Shown here in pieces: positions 47,187 through 58,153 of a DNA stretch of 64,000 nucleotides. This DNA is from an uncultured Gammaproteobacteria bacterium (GTDB lineage: Bacteria; Patescibacteriota; Microgenomatia; Levybacterales; GWA1-39-11): the NCBI GenBank assembly GCA_964485575.1, contig CAZAJO010000005.1, forward strand, positions 1,389 through 65,388, written 5' to 3'. The notes below the pieces were generated by a model that was not told where the DNA came from, made no database searches, and saw only the letters and a program-made list of their open reading frames with translations. Positions within the stretch are counted from its first letter, which is position 1. Each line of letters starts with the position of its first letter. The position numbers and the translations under genes were made by a program.

Positions 47187-48079
47187 TACGATGTTAATTT
47201 TTTGAGCTTGATACCAATTTTAACCAAACCAGTAACTATTGGATTGTACTTATTCTTATAGTGCTTGTCATAAAATATTTCCATAGCTCGAAACCTGTGA
47301 TAAGTTGCAAGTTTTTTTGTAGATTTAGATGCTTTTGTTATACCTTTTGACACTTTCTTAATTCCGCTTGAGACTCCCTTCATATGTAATGCCGCAAATT
47401 CAGGGACAAAATAGATCTTATATCCTGCCTCTTTGATACGATAACAAAAATCAATATCCTCCCCATAAAAGAAGAAGTCCTCATCCCACCATTCTAATTT
47501 ATCACCAAGGCCGCGAGGCACTATCATAAATGATCCAGCCAAAGCATCTATCTCGTGCGTTTTAGAAAGATCGAGATATGTCATGTTGTATCCTCCAAAT
47601 TTCTTTGACTTGGGAAATACTTTTGATAGTCCTGAGAAATGGGATAATGCCCTAAAAGGAGTCGGAAAACCCCGATGTGATGAGTCGTCTAAGGTTCCAT
47701 CCGGCAATTTCATAAAGCATGTTGCTGCTCCACATTCAGGGTGCCCCTTCATGAATTCTATCATTCCATCGATTGTTTTTAAGTACATCTTTGTGTCAGG
47801 ATTTAGGAAAAGCAGATATTTTCCTGAGGATTTCTTTATTCCTAAATTATTCCCTTTAGAAAATCCATAGTTCCTGTCGTTATGAATATAAACTACTTTG
47901 TCATTGTCTTTGAAGTTTTCCAAAACAACATTCTTTGTCTCATCATTTTCACTGTTATCAGATATGATGATTTCAAACGTGTGATCAGTGGTCGTTTCCA
48001 GAACTGAATTAACACAACCGACAATAGTGTCAGTTGAATTGTAGGAAACGATTACTATGGATACGTCAAGACTTTTCAT
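47186..48079 (-). CDS. Glycosyltransferase family 2
   Basis: N-terminal VSIVIVSYNS... and a DNSEND-type DxD region, as in the GT-A fold. Confidence 0.8.
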   Translation of the reverse strand: MKSLDVSIVIVSYNSTDTIVGCVNSVLETTTDHTFEIIISDNSENDETKNVVLENFKDNDKVVYIHNDRNYGFSKGNNLGIKKSSGKYLLFLNPDTKMYLKTIDGMIEFMKGHPECGAATCFMKLPDGTLDDSSHRGFPTPFRALSHFSGLSKVFPKSKKFGGYNMTYLDLSKTHEIDALAGSFMIVPRGLGDKLEWWDEDFFFYGEDIDFCYRIKEAGYKIYFVPEFAALHMKGVSSGIKKVSKGITKASKSTKKLATYHRFRAMEIFYDKHYKNKYNPIVTGLVKIGIKLKKLTS

Positions 48080-49251
48080 AAAGATTTTTTCCAGACTGAC
48101 ATCAACTCATTCCCAATCCCTTCCCAGTCGTAATATTTTTCGATAAGATTTCTTGAATTTCTGGCAAGCTTTTCACGCAGCATACTGTCATCATATAGTT
48201 GCTTGATTTTTTGTACGTATTCATCACCGGTTCTGGCACCCAAGAAATGTTCTCCCTCAAAAGCCCTAAGACCACCGAGTCTTTCAGGCTGGGCAACAAT
48301 AGGGATCCCCAACGACATCGCTTCAAGAACTTTAAAATTTGTTCCTCCGCCTATTCTTATCGGAAAAATAAGCATATCAGCCTTTCTATATTCTGCTATC
48401 AGATCTTCAACGAAATCTTTCATAATAATTCTTTTATTATTGAACTTAAATTTTTCATTACATTTCTTTCCGATTATGGTAAGTCTCACATCGTCGTCAA
48501 GCTTTTCAAAAACGTTCTTGTAAAAAAATTGGACTGCATCAACATTCGGGAAATAACTGAAATTACCGACAAACAAAATATTTTTTTTGATTGACGGGTC
48601 GTATTCATACTTGTAAAGACTTGGCTCTATACCATTTGCCACGATATGGCATTTCACTTTTGTCAGATCCCCTAAAAAATCAGCTTCTGATTGAGTTATC
48701 GTGGTTACCATATCTGCATTTTTGACCATATAAAGTTCTTCATTTTTCAAACGTTTCGCTTGATAATAAACAAATGGTTTTAGATAAAACTTTGAGAGTT
48801 CTTTTGCATAGTCGAAATACAGCTGGAACTCGATATTTTCAGTTCCTAAAATTTGTTTTACCCCCAAGCGTTTTAACTCCGGACCGATGAAAAAACCGGT
48901 ATAAGTAGATTCGAAGTGAACGATATCAATCTTCTCTTCTTTTACAAGGGCAATTATTTCAGAGAATACTTCCTCATTTTTATAGAGAGTCTGAAAAATA
49001 GACGAATTCCTGATCACAGTCTTTGTGAAATTTGTTATGGCGGAAAGTTTTGCCCTTTTTTTAACTTTTATGCTTTTGACCCCCAAAGCTAATATTTCAT
49101 TATTTGAATCGGGATTATAGTCTTTCCGGACGTAAGAATAGAGAAATACATCAGCTTTTTTTGCCGTATATTTCAAGAGGTGATACGCCCTATTTTTACC
49201 ACCTGAAGTGGTTGGGTAAGGAAAATCGTATGTTACAAAAAGAACCCTCAT
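48076..49251 (-). CDS. Glycosyltransferase family 4
   Basis: Two-Rossmann GT-B architecture with a C-terminal donor-binding E-x7-E-like motif. Confidence 0.7.
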   Translation of the reverse strand: MRVLFVTYDFPYPTTSGGKNRAYHLLKYTAKKADVFLYSYVRKDYNPDSNNEILALGVKSIKVKKRAKLSAITNFTKTVIRNSSIFQTLYKNEEVFSEIIALVKEEKIDIVHFESTYTGFFIGPELKRLGVKQILGTENIEFQLYFDYAKELSKFYLKPFVYYQAKRLKNEELYMVKNADMVTTITQSEADFLGDLTKVKCHIVANGIEPSLYKYEYDPSIKKNILFVGNFSYFPNVDAVQFFYKNVFEKLDDDVRLTIIGKKCNEKFKFNNKRIIMKDFVEDLIAEYRKADMLIFPIRIGGGTNFKVLEAMSLGIPIVAQPERLGGLRAFEGEHFLGARTGDEYVQKIKQLYDDSMLREKLARNSRNLIEKYYDWEGIGNELMSVWKKSL

Positions 49252-50733
49252 TTATTTGGAAAGTGTGGCTACGATATCGGGTTGGCAATTGCGAAGATCA
49301 ATGATCACATATGTTCCGGTTTTTTCAACGACTGTACACTTTGCTATCCAATAGTTAGTAGTATCATCAAAATTTACAGACACTAAGTGAGTCGCGCCTT
49401 CTTTTATGTATTGAGGAATCTTGTCTCCCCCATAGGTAAATCCGTGTCTATTCGTCTGATACAGAAATGCCGAATCATTGTCGTAAGGAGCAATAACTAT
49501 TGCGTCTTTGGGCAATATCCTATCGACTGCTTTACCCGCCTCAACAATTTCAGGATGGTTGATGTTAAAGTATCCTCTAACCTCATACCACCCAAATGCA
49601 AACATCATCATAAGTAAGGCAACTCCAACTAAAGCGTTTACTCCCCGCCTTACCTGTCCTATGCCGTGAGTCAGTAAAAAATCAAATCCAAGAGCTATCA
49701 AAACGCACCCGATAGGCACAATCGGCATTTGGTAGTAATCGTGCGTCACATTTCCTTTAGCGATAACGACAAAGAATGCAAAAATCCCCAGGAGCCATGC
49801 GATATAAAAATATCCTTCCTTCTTTCTATGACTGCCAACAATCCCCAACCAAAAAAGAACAAATCCACCTGTCGCAAAGATGAGTCTATTCATTCGGTCA
49901 TATATAAGCCATCTGAAATAGGCACCAGTAAAACGAATGTTCCCTTGGTTAAATAACCACGTAGTTCCAAACATTCCCTCAGGGTGTTGATAGATGTGAT
50001 GCCTCCACCATAAGAATGGTACAAGAACCAAAAGTGAAAAAACGTACACACTCCATTTCAGAACCAACCTCCATCCCCATTTTCTGTAAAAAAGATAGAA
50101 AATCGGGATTACAAGAACTAGCGCATACGGTTTTTCAAGAATCGCCAATGTCCCGGCTATTCCTGAAAGAATCATAAATATGATGTTTTCTTTCTCCAAC
50201 CATTTGCTTACAAGATAAAGCGTTGTGACACTAAAGAATATATACATGGGATCAGGCAGGATGACTTGTCCATAAAAGATGTTATATGGCAAGAAAGCAA
50301 ACACCAACGAAGCAACAAGAGCAACTCTCTTTGAAGAATAGAAAGACACCAGAAGATACATGAAAAGAATCGTTGATACTGAAAAGAAAATGCTGATCAT
50401 CCTGGCATATTCTTCATGGATCCCAAATTTTTGATACGCGAAGTAAGTAAGTATGTTGTAGAGCGGAAATTCTGCAAAAAAGTATCTGTTAGGATTTGGC
50501 TGCCCTGTTTCATTGAGAGGATTTAGAGCATCATACTGAGGATAGAAAGGATTGAATCCGTCTTTCACAAAATTCCGAGAAACAGCAGCAGTGTCTGCTT
50601 GACGCCAACTATGCCAATCTGCAACAGGGTTGTGGATCCTATATGTCCTAACAAAAATTGCCCCAAGAATGATTGGAATCAGCAAAAGAATCGTATATTT
50701 TGAATCAAAAAGAATATCTAGTATTTTTTTCAT
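49252..50733 (-). CDS. GT39/GT83 (PMT/ArnT-like) polytopic membrane glycosyltransferase
   Basis: 493 aa with about 11 TM helices, an N-terminal loop RTYRIHNPVADWHSWRQADTA and a C-terminal soluble domain. Confidence 0.6.
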   Translation of the reverse strand: MKKILDILFDSKYTILLLIPIILGAIFVRTYRIHNPVADWHSWRQADTAAVSRNFVKDGFNPFYPQYDALNPLNETGQPNPNRYFFAEFPLYNILTYFAYQKFGIHEEYARMISIFFSVSTILFMYLLVSFYSSKRVALVASLVFAFLPYNIFYGQVILPDPMYIFFSVTTLYLVSKWLEKENIIFMILSGIAGTLAILEKPYALVLVIPIFYLFYRKWGWRLVLKWSVYVFSLLVLVPFLWWRHHIYQHPEGMFGTTWLFNQGNIRFTGAYFRWLIYDRMNRLIFATGGFVLFWLGIVGSHRKKEGYFYIAWLLGIFAFFVVIAKGNVTHDYYQMPIVPIGCVLIALGFDFLLTHGIGQVRRGVNALVGVALLMMMFAFGWYEVRGYFNINHPEIVEAGKAVDRILPKDAIVIAPYDNDSAFLYQTNRHGFTYGGDKIPQYIKEGATHLVSVNFDDTTNYWIAKCTVVEKTGTYVIIDLRNCQPDIVATLSK

Positions 50734-53700
50734 TTATTTTTTGGTTATCCTTTTTAGACTTCCATCCGGCTGGAACTCAAATGCCCATTTTGTCAGAGAT
50801 GAAAAGACATCTTGAGGAACATCACTGACGGTAGGAACAGTTATGACATTTACGGTATCTGACTTGAAAGCAAACCACACCGCATCAGAAAGTCCAACTG
50901 GCAAGATCCATGCGTTACCACTCTTTACTGGGACGTTTGCAAAATAAAGATCGACTTTTTGCTCGGACCATGCATCAGAATACAGTGAATCGATTGATGC
51001 TAAAAAGCGCTGTATTTTTTCACCGGACCCATTCCACTCAATTATCGCCTGTTGGGCTTGGACAACATGCACCAGACAAAAAACAGCAACAAGAGTCCCT
51101 ATGGCAGAAATCGCCACATCTTTACCATAAGACAGAAGGTATCTATATAATTTCGCTATAAAAACAACGAAAATCATAATAACCCCAAACGAAGCAAGAT
51201 AGGAGTATCTGAATGTTATGTTACCAAGGCCTAAGAACGGAAGAAGACATATGATGATAAAAAGGGAAGAGAATAAGATAATCCTTTTTTCATTTTGTGA
51301 GAGATTTTTGATAAGTATCTTCCCTCCAAAATATGCTAAAACCCCAAAGATAACCAGAATAAGAAGCGCAACAGGTATGTTGGTTTTTGTAGCATCACGC
51401 AATTTTTCGTAGAAAGGATAGCTTAACGGTCCGAAGAGTGAGATAAGTACATACCCAATAGTATTCCCGACTGCGTTGAATGGTAATTTTAAGATGTTGT
51501 AACTATAGTCCCCATTAAACCAGTGGGTATGAGACATGACTCTTACGACAAAATAAATAACATCAGGAATGAAGATGAGCAAGAATAATTTATTCTTCAG
51601 GAATTCGAAAATAGATTTCAGACCGTAATTTGGAAGTTCAATGAAAAGATATGCCATCATCAAGAATGGTGTTACAATCCCTAGCTCATAGAAAGTGAGG
51701 GCTATCAATGACGACACAAGCGAAACTGATAAGAAGAATATATTTTTCGTCTCGTGCCATTTTATGAACATGAGAAGTCCTAAAAGGATGAATACTGCAT
51801 TGAATAAATGACCGGTTGCCGATATCCACAGTACTATTTCTATGTAACCACTGGCAACCAAAAACATCAGGCTTGATGCAGCTGCCATCATGTTATTCTT
51901 AAATATTTTTCTTGAGACGAGATATAGAAGAATTACAACAATTAGATGAAGCCCAATCGAAACCATGTGGTAGACAACTTGATTGAGCGAGAAGAAATGA
52001 TAAAAAACAAGGAAATATGCCTTGGTCCCGGGTCTATAGAAGAATCCGGCCGAGTTGAAGAAGTATGAGAATATCGTCGATGGGACACTACCACAAGTCT
52101 GCATAAGATACTTACAATCTGCTGCCCACCGGAACCAGGTAAAGTCATCACCAATAAAATAACTCCCGATTGTTGTTGAAAAGATAGCTGTAGTCATGAG
52201 AATAAAATAAGTTATCGTGGCATAAGTTGAAGATGCTATCTTCACAAGCTCTTTGTATAAATTGAAATGTTTCGTCTGGTACAAAGACAATGCGCCAACG
52301 ACAACTCCAACAAGCAACCACAGAGTAAAAGCTACCTTCGATGCTTCAAAAACATCAATTAAGGTAGCGTTTAGGGCAAGTCCAATTACCCCAGCACTAA
52401 ATCCTAAGATAAAATACCGAATGACCGGTGAATCAACGCTTGGAAGTACTCTCTTGATATATACTCCAAGAACGATAAATATCAAAAGGAAAGATACCGT
52501 ACCCAATAACCCAGTCTCTCCAAGCAATCTGAGGTAGTTATTATCAACAGCCAAGCTGACCGATCCATATCCGCTTCCGAAAAACAAATTTCTCGTAAAT
52601 GCGAGCAATGTTTTTGGCCATTCACCCTGAAATCTCGTCGTAAATGATAGATCATATGCAGATGCCTTCTTGACGAGGTAGTCACCTTGGACGATCTGGA
52701 TTGCAGCTGAATCGGTAGCCTTTCCTGGAGGATATTCATAGAAAAAGTTTGGCAGTCTTTTTGTAACCGGGGACAATGACAGATTTATATATGAACTTCC
52801 CTGCGGTAATGTCTCACCGGTCGAGGTGACTACAGCATCAATGATGGCAACATTTGTTGGTAGTAGGTATTTCCTCAGGGCAAAAGGAACATGATCTGAG
52901 GCTGGATATTTATACAATGGGGTCAGTGATTCTGTCGTAGTGTCCACTTTATCTTTCTCTTGAAGAAGTGTTCTCTCGCTTAAGTACTTTCTTGGAGCAA
53001 ATCTGACCTGCCCAATTGGTGCGCCAGTTGCAGCATCAACCAAAACATCAACCTCTTTCACGGTGTTATCAAACCGTGCCAGAAGTGAGGAACGGGAATA
53101 AAGAAATACAGCTCCAACTATGAGTATCAAAGGAACAAACAGAAAAATAAGTTTTTTCTTGTAAAAGAGAAACGTTACAAGAAGAGCGACAGCTAGAGCA
53201 AAAAAGGATACCCGAGAAACGGTCAGAAACATAAGCGCCAACCCTAACGCTGCGGTTATCAAAAGGAAAATTTTTATAAAAATATTTTTGAACCCAAAGA
53301 AAAGACTCACTAAAATTGGGATAATTAGAACCAAATAAGCGGCGAGGTCATAATGCCCTGCAAAAGTTGATGATACTCTGTTGAGAGGTGAAATAAGTAT
53401 TGGAATACCCTTCGCATACTCTTCATTCATGGTGAGATAGGCTGGAAATGATAGATATTTCTGTCCAAACCCGTAAAGAATAACTCCAAGAAGTGTTACT
53501 ATGACGGTCCATATCGAAGCAAACACAAATTTTTTGCTTTTGACTGCGGAGAAAGCAACGAAGAATAAACTGAGGTATTCGATGTGACGAAGATATTCAA
53601 GTAAAGCGACATTTGGGAATACATCTTTGATCTGAGGAAAGATAATAACGACACCATGAACTGTTACTATTGCACCAACTATCCAAAAGGCCATAATTGG

Positions 53701-53916
53701 GATAGTCAAAGGAGACTTGAGGGTAACCTTCTTTTTGACAAGCATCACAAACCAAACCAGAAGGACAAAAAGCACGAGGAAATCCTCAACTCTAACATAA
53801 ACCCAAGTATTTTTAACGTCAATTAAGGGTAATTTTGGATAGAGCGGTATAAAAAGCATCAAAAGGAGGACTAGGGATGGAAAAAGATATTTCAGGATAG
53901 TGTTAAATAACTTCAT
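50734..53916 (-). CDS. Giant polytopic membrane protein with O-antigen ligase/polymerase (Wzy_C)-like domain fused to a second multi-TM module
   Basis: 1060 aa with more than 20 TM helices. The DNNYLRLLGETGLLG segment resembles the conserved Wzy_C/WaaL-family motif. A large extracytoplasmic loop is followed by a second TM-rich half. Confidence 0.55.
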   Translation of the reverse strand: MKLFNTILKYLFPSLVLLLMLFIPLYPKLPLIDVKNTWVYVRVEDFLVLFVLLVWFVMLVKKKVTLKSPLTIPIMAFWIVGAIVTVHGVVIIFPQIKDVFPNVALLEYLRHIEYLSLFFVAFSAVKSKKFVFASIWTVIVTLLGVILYGFGQKYLSFPAYLTMNEEYAKGIPILISPLNRVSSTFAGHYDLAAYLVLIIPILVSLFFGFKNIFIKIFLLITAALGLALMFLTVSRVSFFALAVALLVTFLFYKKKLIFLFVPLILIVGAVFLYSRSSLLARFDNTVKEVDVLVDAATGAPIGQVRFAPRKYLSERTLLQEKDKVDTTTESLTPLYKYPASDHVPFALRKYLLPTNVAIIDAVVTSTGETLPQGSSYINLSLSPVTKRLPNFFYEYPPGKATDSAAIQIVQGDYLVKKASAYDLSFTTRFQGEWPKTLLAFTRNLFFGSGYGSVSLAVDNNYLRLLGETGLLGTVSFLLIFIVLGVYIKRVLPSVDSPVIRYFILGFSAGVIGLALNATLIDVFEASKVAFTLWLLVGVVVGALSLYQTKHFNLYKELVKIASSTYATITYFILMTTAIFSTTIGSYFIGDDFTWFRWAADCKYLMQTCGSVPSTIFSYFFNSAGFFYRPGTKAYFLVFYHFFSLNQVVYHMVSIGLHLIVVILLYLVSRKIFKNNMMAAASSLMFLVASGYIEIVLWISATGHLFNAVFILLGLLMFIKWHETKNIFFLSVSLVSSLIALTFYELGIVTPFLMMAYLFIELPNYGLKSIFEFLKNKLFLLIFIPDVIYFVVRVMSHTHWFNGDYSYNILKLPFNAVGNTIGYVLISLFGPLSYPFYEKLRDATKTNIPVALLILVIFGVLAYFGGKILIKNLSQNEKRIILFSSLFIIICLLPFLGLGNITFRYSYLASFGVIMIFVVFIAKLYRYLLSYGKDVAISAIGTLVAVFCLVHVVQAQQAIIEWNGSGEKIQRFLASIDSLYSDAWSEQKVDLYFANVPVKSGNAWILPVGLSDAVWFAFKSDTVNVITVPTVSDVPQDVFSSLTKWAFEFQPDGSLKRITKK

Positions 53917-54833
53917 GATATGTTCTTCAAGGCCTTTTGATAGGTTTCAACTAGCGTCCGTCTTCCGAAAACACTTGCAATAAAAATTATAAGTGCGGCC
54001 TTCAAACTAAGCAAGTTCTTGACGTACTGTTGCATAAAAAGACTACTGTGTTTTGAGTTGAATATCTGAATACCTTTATAAATATTTACGATGGCAAATT
54101 CCCGGTTAGAACTACCTTGACCTTGATGTCTTATCACAGCACATGGCATATAAATAGTCTTAAATCCCAATTCTTTTGCGCGGAAGCAAAGGTCCATATC
54201 CTCAACATACATAAAGTAGTCCGCGTCGTATCCATTCAACTGCTTGAAAACTTCGCCTCTGATAGCGACAAACCCACCACTCACATAGTCGACTGTGGTA
54301 GTTTTTTTGGGAGCAAACCGCAGCGAAAAGATATTCTCCAACCCAATGGCAAACAAAAAGAATGTTACCGCGTTGTAGAATTTTCCTGCTGTTTTTTCAT
54401 CTTGCCCTTTCGAATCAACAAGTCTTAACCCCACAACACCCAATTTGTTGTCTGTTTGAAATCTATCAATCAATGCCTCGAAATCCGATTCCAAAAGTTG
54501 GGAATCCGGATTTATTATGACTAAAATCTCTCCATTCGCTTTTTTAGCGGCAAGATTGATACCACTTGCGTATCCTAGATTTTCCTTACTTTTTTCAAAT
54601 TGAACATGTCCCTCCCATTCTTTTTTTTCGGAAAGATACTTTGAGATTTTTTGGATCGTGTCATCTGAAGAATCATTGTCAACAATAACAATCTCAAAAT
54701 CCCCTTTCTTTAATTTTGAATCAATTTTTTCAGATAGAGAATCCAAAAGAGGATATATATAGGAAGAAGAATTATAGGTAAGAATTAGAAATGAGATGGG
54801 CATAAATTTAGCGGAACCAAGCTGCCCTTCCAA
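53913..54833 (-). CDS. Glycosyltransferase family 2
   Basis: ISFLILTYNSSSYI... and a VDNDSSD (DxD) motif. Confidence 0.8.
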   Translation of the reverse strand: MEGQLGSAKFMPISFLILTYNSSSYIYPLLDSLSEKIDSKLKKGDFEIVIVDNDSSDDTIQKISKYLSEKKEWEGHVQFEKSKENLGYASGINLAAKKANGEILVIINPDSQLLESDFEALIDRFQTDNKLGVVGLRLVDSKGQDEKTAGKFYNAVTFFLFAIGLENIFSLRFAPKKTTTVDYVSGGFVAIRGEVFKQLNGYDADYFMYVEDMDLCFRAKELGFKTIYMPCAVIRHQGQGSSNREFAIVNIYKGIQIFNSKHSSLFMQQYVKNLLSLKAALIIFIASVFGRRTLVETYQKALKNIS

Positions 54834-55413
54834 GCTTGTATGTCAATGTTGATTCGTCACGTGTACCAATTTCTTTTGCCGGAACTCCTCCAACAATTGT
54901 TAACGGTGGTACATCCTTTGTGACGACTGCTCCTGCACCAACAACAGCACCGCGTCCGATAGTGACCCCTGGCAAGATAATAGCCCTTGGACCTATAAAG
55001 ACGTAGTCCTCAATAACGACTGACTCTTTTACAGTATCTTCAACTGTCGCAAAATTTGCGGATTTTATATCATGTTGTGAATTGTAAATCATAACCTCTG
55101 ATGCAATATCAACGTGATTTCCAATAGTAAGTGGGGCCCTTCCATCAAGGACAGCAAACTCACCAATTATTGTGTCCTTTCCAATTTTAATGTTTGAAGG
55201 CTTGTAAAATCTTGTTCCCATATGAAGTGCTGAACCCTTTCCTATTTCGACACCGGATATTCTGTATAAAAACCTTCGATAATGATGGAAAGGAACAAAT
55301 CCTGCGATGTGAAGTTTAAAAACCCAGAATTCAAGAAGAATTGTTTTAATTCTAAATAATGCCTTGCTTGAAACTTCATTTCCAGATAGTTCGCGTCCTG
55401 TTTTGTCTTTCAT
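54808..55413 (-). CDS. Hexapeptide-repeat (LbH) sugar O-acetyltransferase
   Basis: Tandem hexapeptide repeats (IGKDTIIGEFAVLDG... IGPRAIILPGVTIGRGAVVGAGAVV). Confidence 0.8.
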   Translation of the reverse strand: MKDKTGRELSGNEVSSKALFRIKTILLEFWVFKLHIAGFVPFHHYRRFLYRISGVEIGKGSALHMGTRFYKPSNIKIGKDTIIGEFAVLDGRAPLTIGNHVDIASEVMIYNSQHDIKSANFATVEDTVKESVVIEDYVFIGPRAIILPGVTIGRGAVVGAGAVVTKDVPPLTIVGGVPAKEIGTRDESTLTYKLGRAAWFR

Positions 55414-56534
55414 AGTTTAACTCCCGCTACTTCTTCAATTGCACTAAGTACTTCTTTTGCTGCTTTCTCCCATGTAAATTTCTTATAATGTTCCCGTCCA
55501 CGCTCTATCATTTTCTCCCTTAAAGATCTATCTGTCAAAACTTTTTCGATTGATTTCTTGATATCATCAACATCCTCCGGCTCAAAATATTGCGCAGCAT
55601 CCCCACCAGCTTCCGGAAGAGAAGAAACGTTACTTGTAATTACAGGGCATCCATATCGCATTGCTTCTAAAACTGGTAATCCAAACCCCTCGTAAAGACT
55701 TGGAAGCACAAAAACTTCAGCCTTTCTATAGAAATTCGGAAGATCTTCATCTGAGATGTAATCAAGAAACACAACCTTGTCTTTTACGTTATACTTTTCA
55801 GGAGCAGACAAAATGTCTTCATACAACCATCCTTTTTTACCTATTATCACTAATTGGTGGTCTGATGAAATTTCTTTGGGAAGTCTTGAAAATGCTTCAA
55901 TAAGTCTTGAAATGTTCTTCCTCGGCTGAAGAGTTCCGACAAAAAGGATGAATTTTTGATTGACTCCAAATTCTTTTAGATCTTTTTCAGAGGGTGCATT
56001 CATAGATAAATTCTTTAGTCCCAAATGTACAACTTTTACTTTTTCCGGCCTTACTTTGTAGTACTTAATTATATCATTTTTACTACTATTACTAATGGTT
56101 ATGACTTTCTTTGCTTTCTTAACCGAATATTCAGTCCATTTTGTCAATTGATACAGATCATTTTTCTTGAAAGTTTGTGGATAGTGAAGATACGACAAAT
56201 CCATGACAGAGACTATTGTAGGGATTCTGGAAAAACGTGGTCCGTAGTGTGTCAATGTCAGAAAAACATCAGGCTTTCTTGATGTCGTTATGAGATGGAT
56301 TGGAAGCCCGATTTGAGTCCAAAGCTTTGACGGTTTTACAACTTTATAGTTCCACCACGAAGTTTTATTAGGCAAATGCTCCAAAGGATCAGACTTCAGA
56401 TAGATCGTATAGTTATAGTCATTATCATTTACCTCACGAAATGCATAAAGCTTTATCAGTATTTGATATGCGTACTCAGAAATTCCGACGCGGGAGAGAA
56501 CATTTGCCTCATTTGCATCAATACCGATATTCAT
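55410..56534 (-). CDS. Glycosyltransferase family 4
   Basis: EGFGLPVLEAMRYGCPVITSNVSSLPEAGGDAA motif. Confidence 0.8.
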   Translation of the reverse strand: MNIGIDANEANVLSRVGISEYAYQILIKLYAFREVNDNDYNYTIYLKSDPLEHLPNKTSWWNYKVVKPSKLWTQIGLPIHLITTSRKPDVFLTLTHYGPRFSRIPTIVSVMDLSYLHYPQTFKKNDLYQLTKWTEYSVKKAKKVITISNSSKNDIIKYYKVRPEKVKVVHLGLKNLSMNAPSEKDLKEFGVNQKFILFVGTLQPRKNISRLIEAFSRLPKEISSDHQLVIIGKKGWLYEDILSAPEKYNVKDKVVFLDYISDEDLPNFYRKAEVFVLPSLYEGFGLPVLEAMRYGCPVITSNVSSLPEAGGDAAQYFEPEDVDDIKKSIEKVLTDRSLREKMIERGREHYKKFTWEKAAKEVLSAIEEVAGVKL

Positions 56535-56569
56535 ACTGTTAATTGTATAATAACTATTATACTTAGAAC

Positions 56570-58153
56570 ATGTTTAAATTAGTATTTTCGGGAAAACTGA
56601 GAATTATCCTAACTGTTTTAATTGTTGCCTTCTTGTTTGGTGTACTATACAAACTCTATATCCCAAGAATAAATGCTTTTGGATGCTTTGATGACTGCTT
56701 TAACATAGTCGGTGGTTATTTCATTTTGGGTGGAAAAACACTCTACAAAGATCTTTTCTTCAACCACCAACCGGGAATGGCTATATTAAGTGCTGCCATT
56801 CAAGCAATTACTCATCCTGATTCTATCCCAGAACTGATACTTCGCCATAGACAAGTCATTTTTCTCATATCCTTTCTTGCCACCTTGATCATTACAATAA
56901 GGTTTGGCCTGTTTTTCATACTTTTTTCTATTCTTTATGAGTTAACAAAATTTTATGTATTCGGTGATAGATTTTTGGCAGAGGGAATAGTTGGATACTT
57001 TCTGATTTATCAACTTGGAGCAAATCTTGAAAAAATGCTTTTCAAAAAAGTTCACAAAATAGATATCTTCCTCATACCAATGTTTACGTGGGCGGTGATA
57101 TTTTTACGTGAACCTTTTACGCTTGTTACGGCAGTATTGTTTGTATCCTACTTTTTTTCAACCCCAAAGCTTGTAGATAAGGAGGCCAAAACATATTTAG
57201 CAGCTTTTGCGATTCCAACAATAATCACCCTACTTTGCACATATCTTCCCGGTTATTTCTTCAATATGGTGACGGTCAACAAAATAATTCTTAATTCCGA
57301 ATCACAAGGACAACCGCTACCTGTCAGACTTATAAAAAGCCTACTTTATCCTTTTTATCTTCTTGTTGGTAGTGAAAACTGGAATTATTTCAGGACAATA
57401 ACTGCTTCTTTTTCAATCTTTTTCATAGTCACATCGGTTGTATTTCTGAAGTATCTAAAAAAACCATTTGTGTTATTTCTTATTATTGGTATTCTTGCGT
57501 TATCTAACCTAAGACCCCCCGTTGCCAATCAAACGTTCTATGAAAGTTTTCATATTGCACCATGGTATGGACTTCTGATTTTTTCAATTATTTTTCTTGT
57601 GAAGACAATCAATCTCAAATCCAAAAAAATTGCTTTAGCACTTGTAGTTTTTATCTTACTGTTCGGTGTTTATATAATCTCAGACCTTAGATATTTTGGA
57701 TACGAAAAAACGGATCTTCAAAATGAATTCTTCACAAATTACAGTGTGGTCATGGGAAGAGGAACAATTATTAGAGACCTTTCAGACAGTAAAAGCACTC
57801 TCTTTCTTGATGACTATGACGATCTTGTATATTTTGAAGCAAAATTGACGCCTTCCTACAAATACAGCTGGTACACATCCTTCATGAATCAGGTACCAAA
57901 ATACATCGATGCACGGGAAGAAATGTTTATGAATTATCCTCCGGATTTTTATTATGGAGACTGCAAAGGTGGCCAAGGTGTTTTACCGACTTACATCAAA
58001 AATAATTATCTTGAAGTGTTTGAAGGAGAGAATGTGACATGCATTCATGTTTCAAAAGACAGAATCGGAAAATTTACTGACAAACAGAAGGAATTGACAC
58101 ACACAATCTACTCCTTAAGAGAGAGTACGAAAGCTGCAACGCTAAACAATTAA
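56570..58153 (+). CDS. Hypothetical polytopic membrane protein (possible polysaccharide polymerase/glycosyltransferase)
   Basis: 527 aa with about 12 TM helices. It is the only plus-strand gene embedded in the glycosylation locus. Confidence 0.45.
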   Translation: MFKLVFSGKLRIILTVLIVAFLFGVLYKLYIPRINAFGCFDDCFNIVGGYFILGGKTLYKDLFFNHQPGMAILSAAIQAITHPDSIPELILRHRQVIFLISFLATLIITIRFGLFFILFSILYELTKFYVFGDRFLAEGIVGYFLIYQLGANLEKMLFKKVHKIDIFLIPMFTWAVIFLREPFTLVTAVLFVSYFFSTPKLVDKEAKTYLAAFAIPTIITLLCTYLPGYFFNMVTVNKIILNSESQGQPLPVRLIKSLLYPFYLLVGSENWNYFRTITASFSIFFIVTSVVFLKYLKKPFVLFLIIGILALSNLRPPVANQTFYESFHIAPWYGLLIFSIIFLVKTINLKSKKIALALVVFILLFGVYIISDLRYFGYEKTDLQNEFFTNYSVVMGRGTIIRDLSDSKSTLFLDDYDDLVYFEAKLTPSYKYSWYTSFMNQVPKYIDAREEMFMNYPPDFYYGDCKGGQGVLPTYIKNNYLEVFEGENVTCIHVSKDRIGKFTDKQKELTHTIYSLRESTKAATLNN

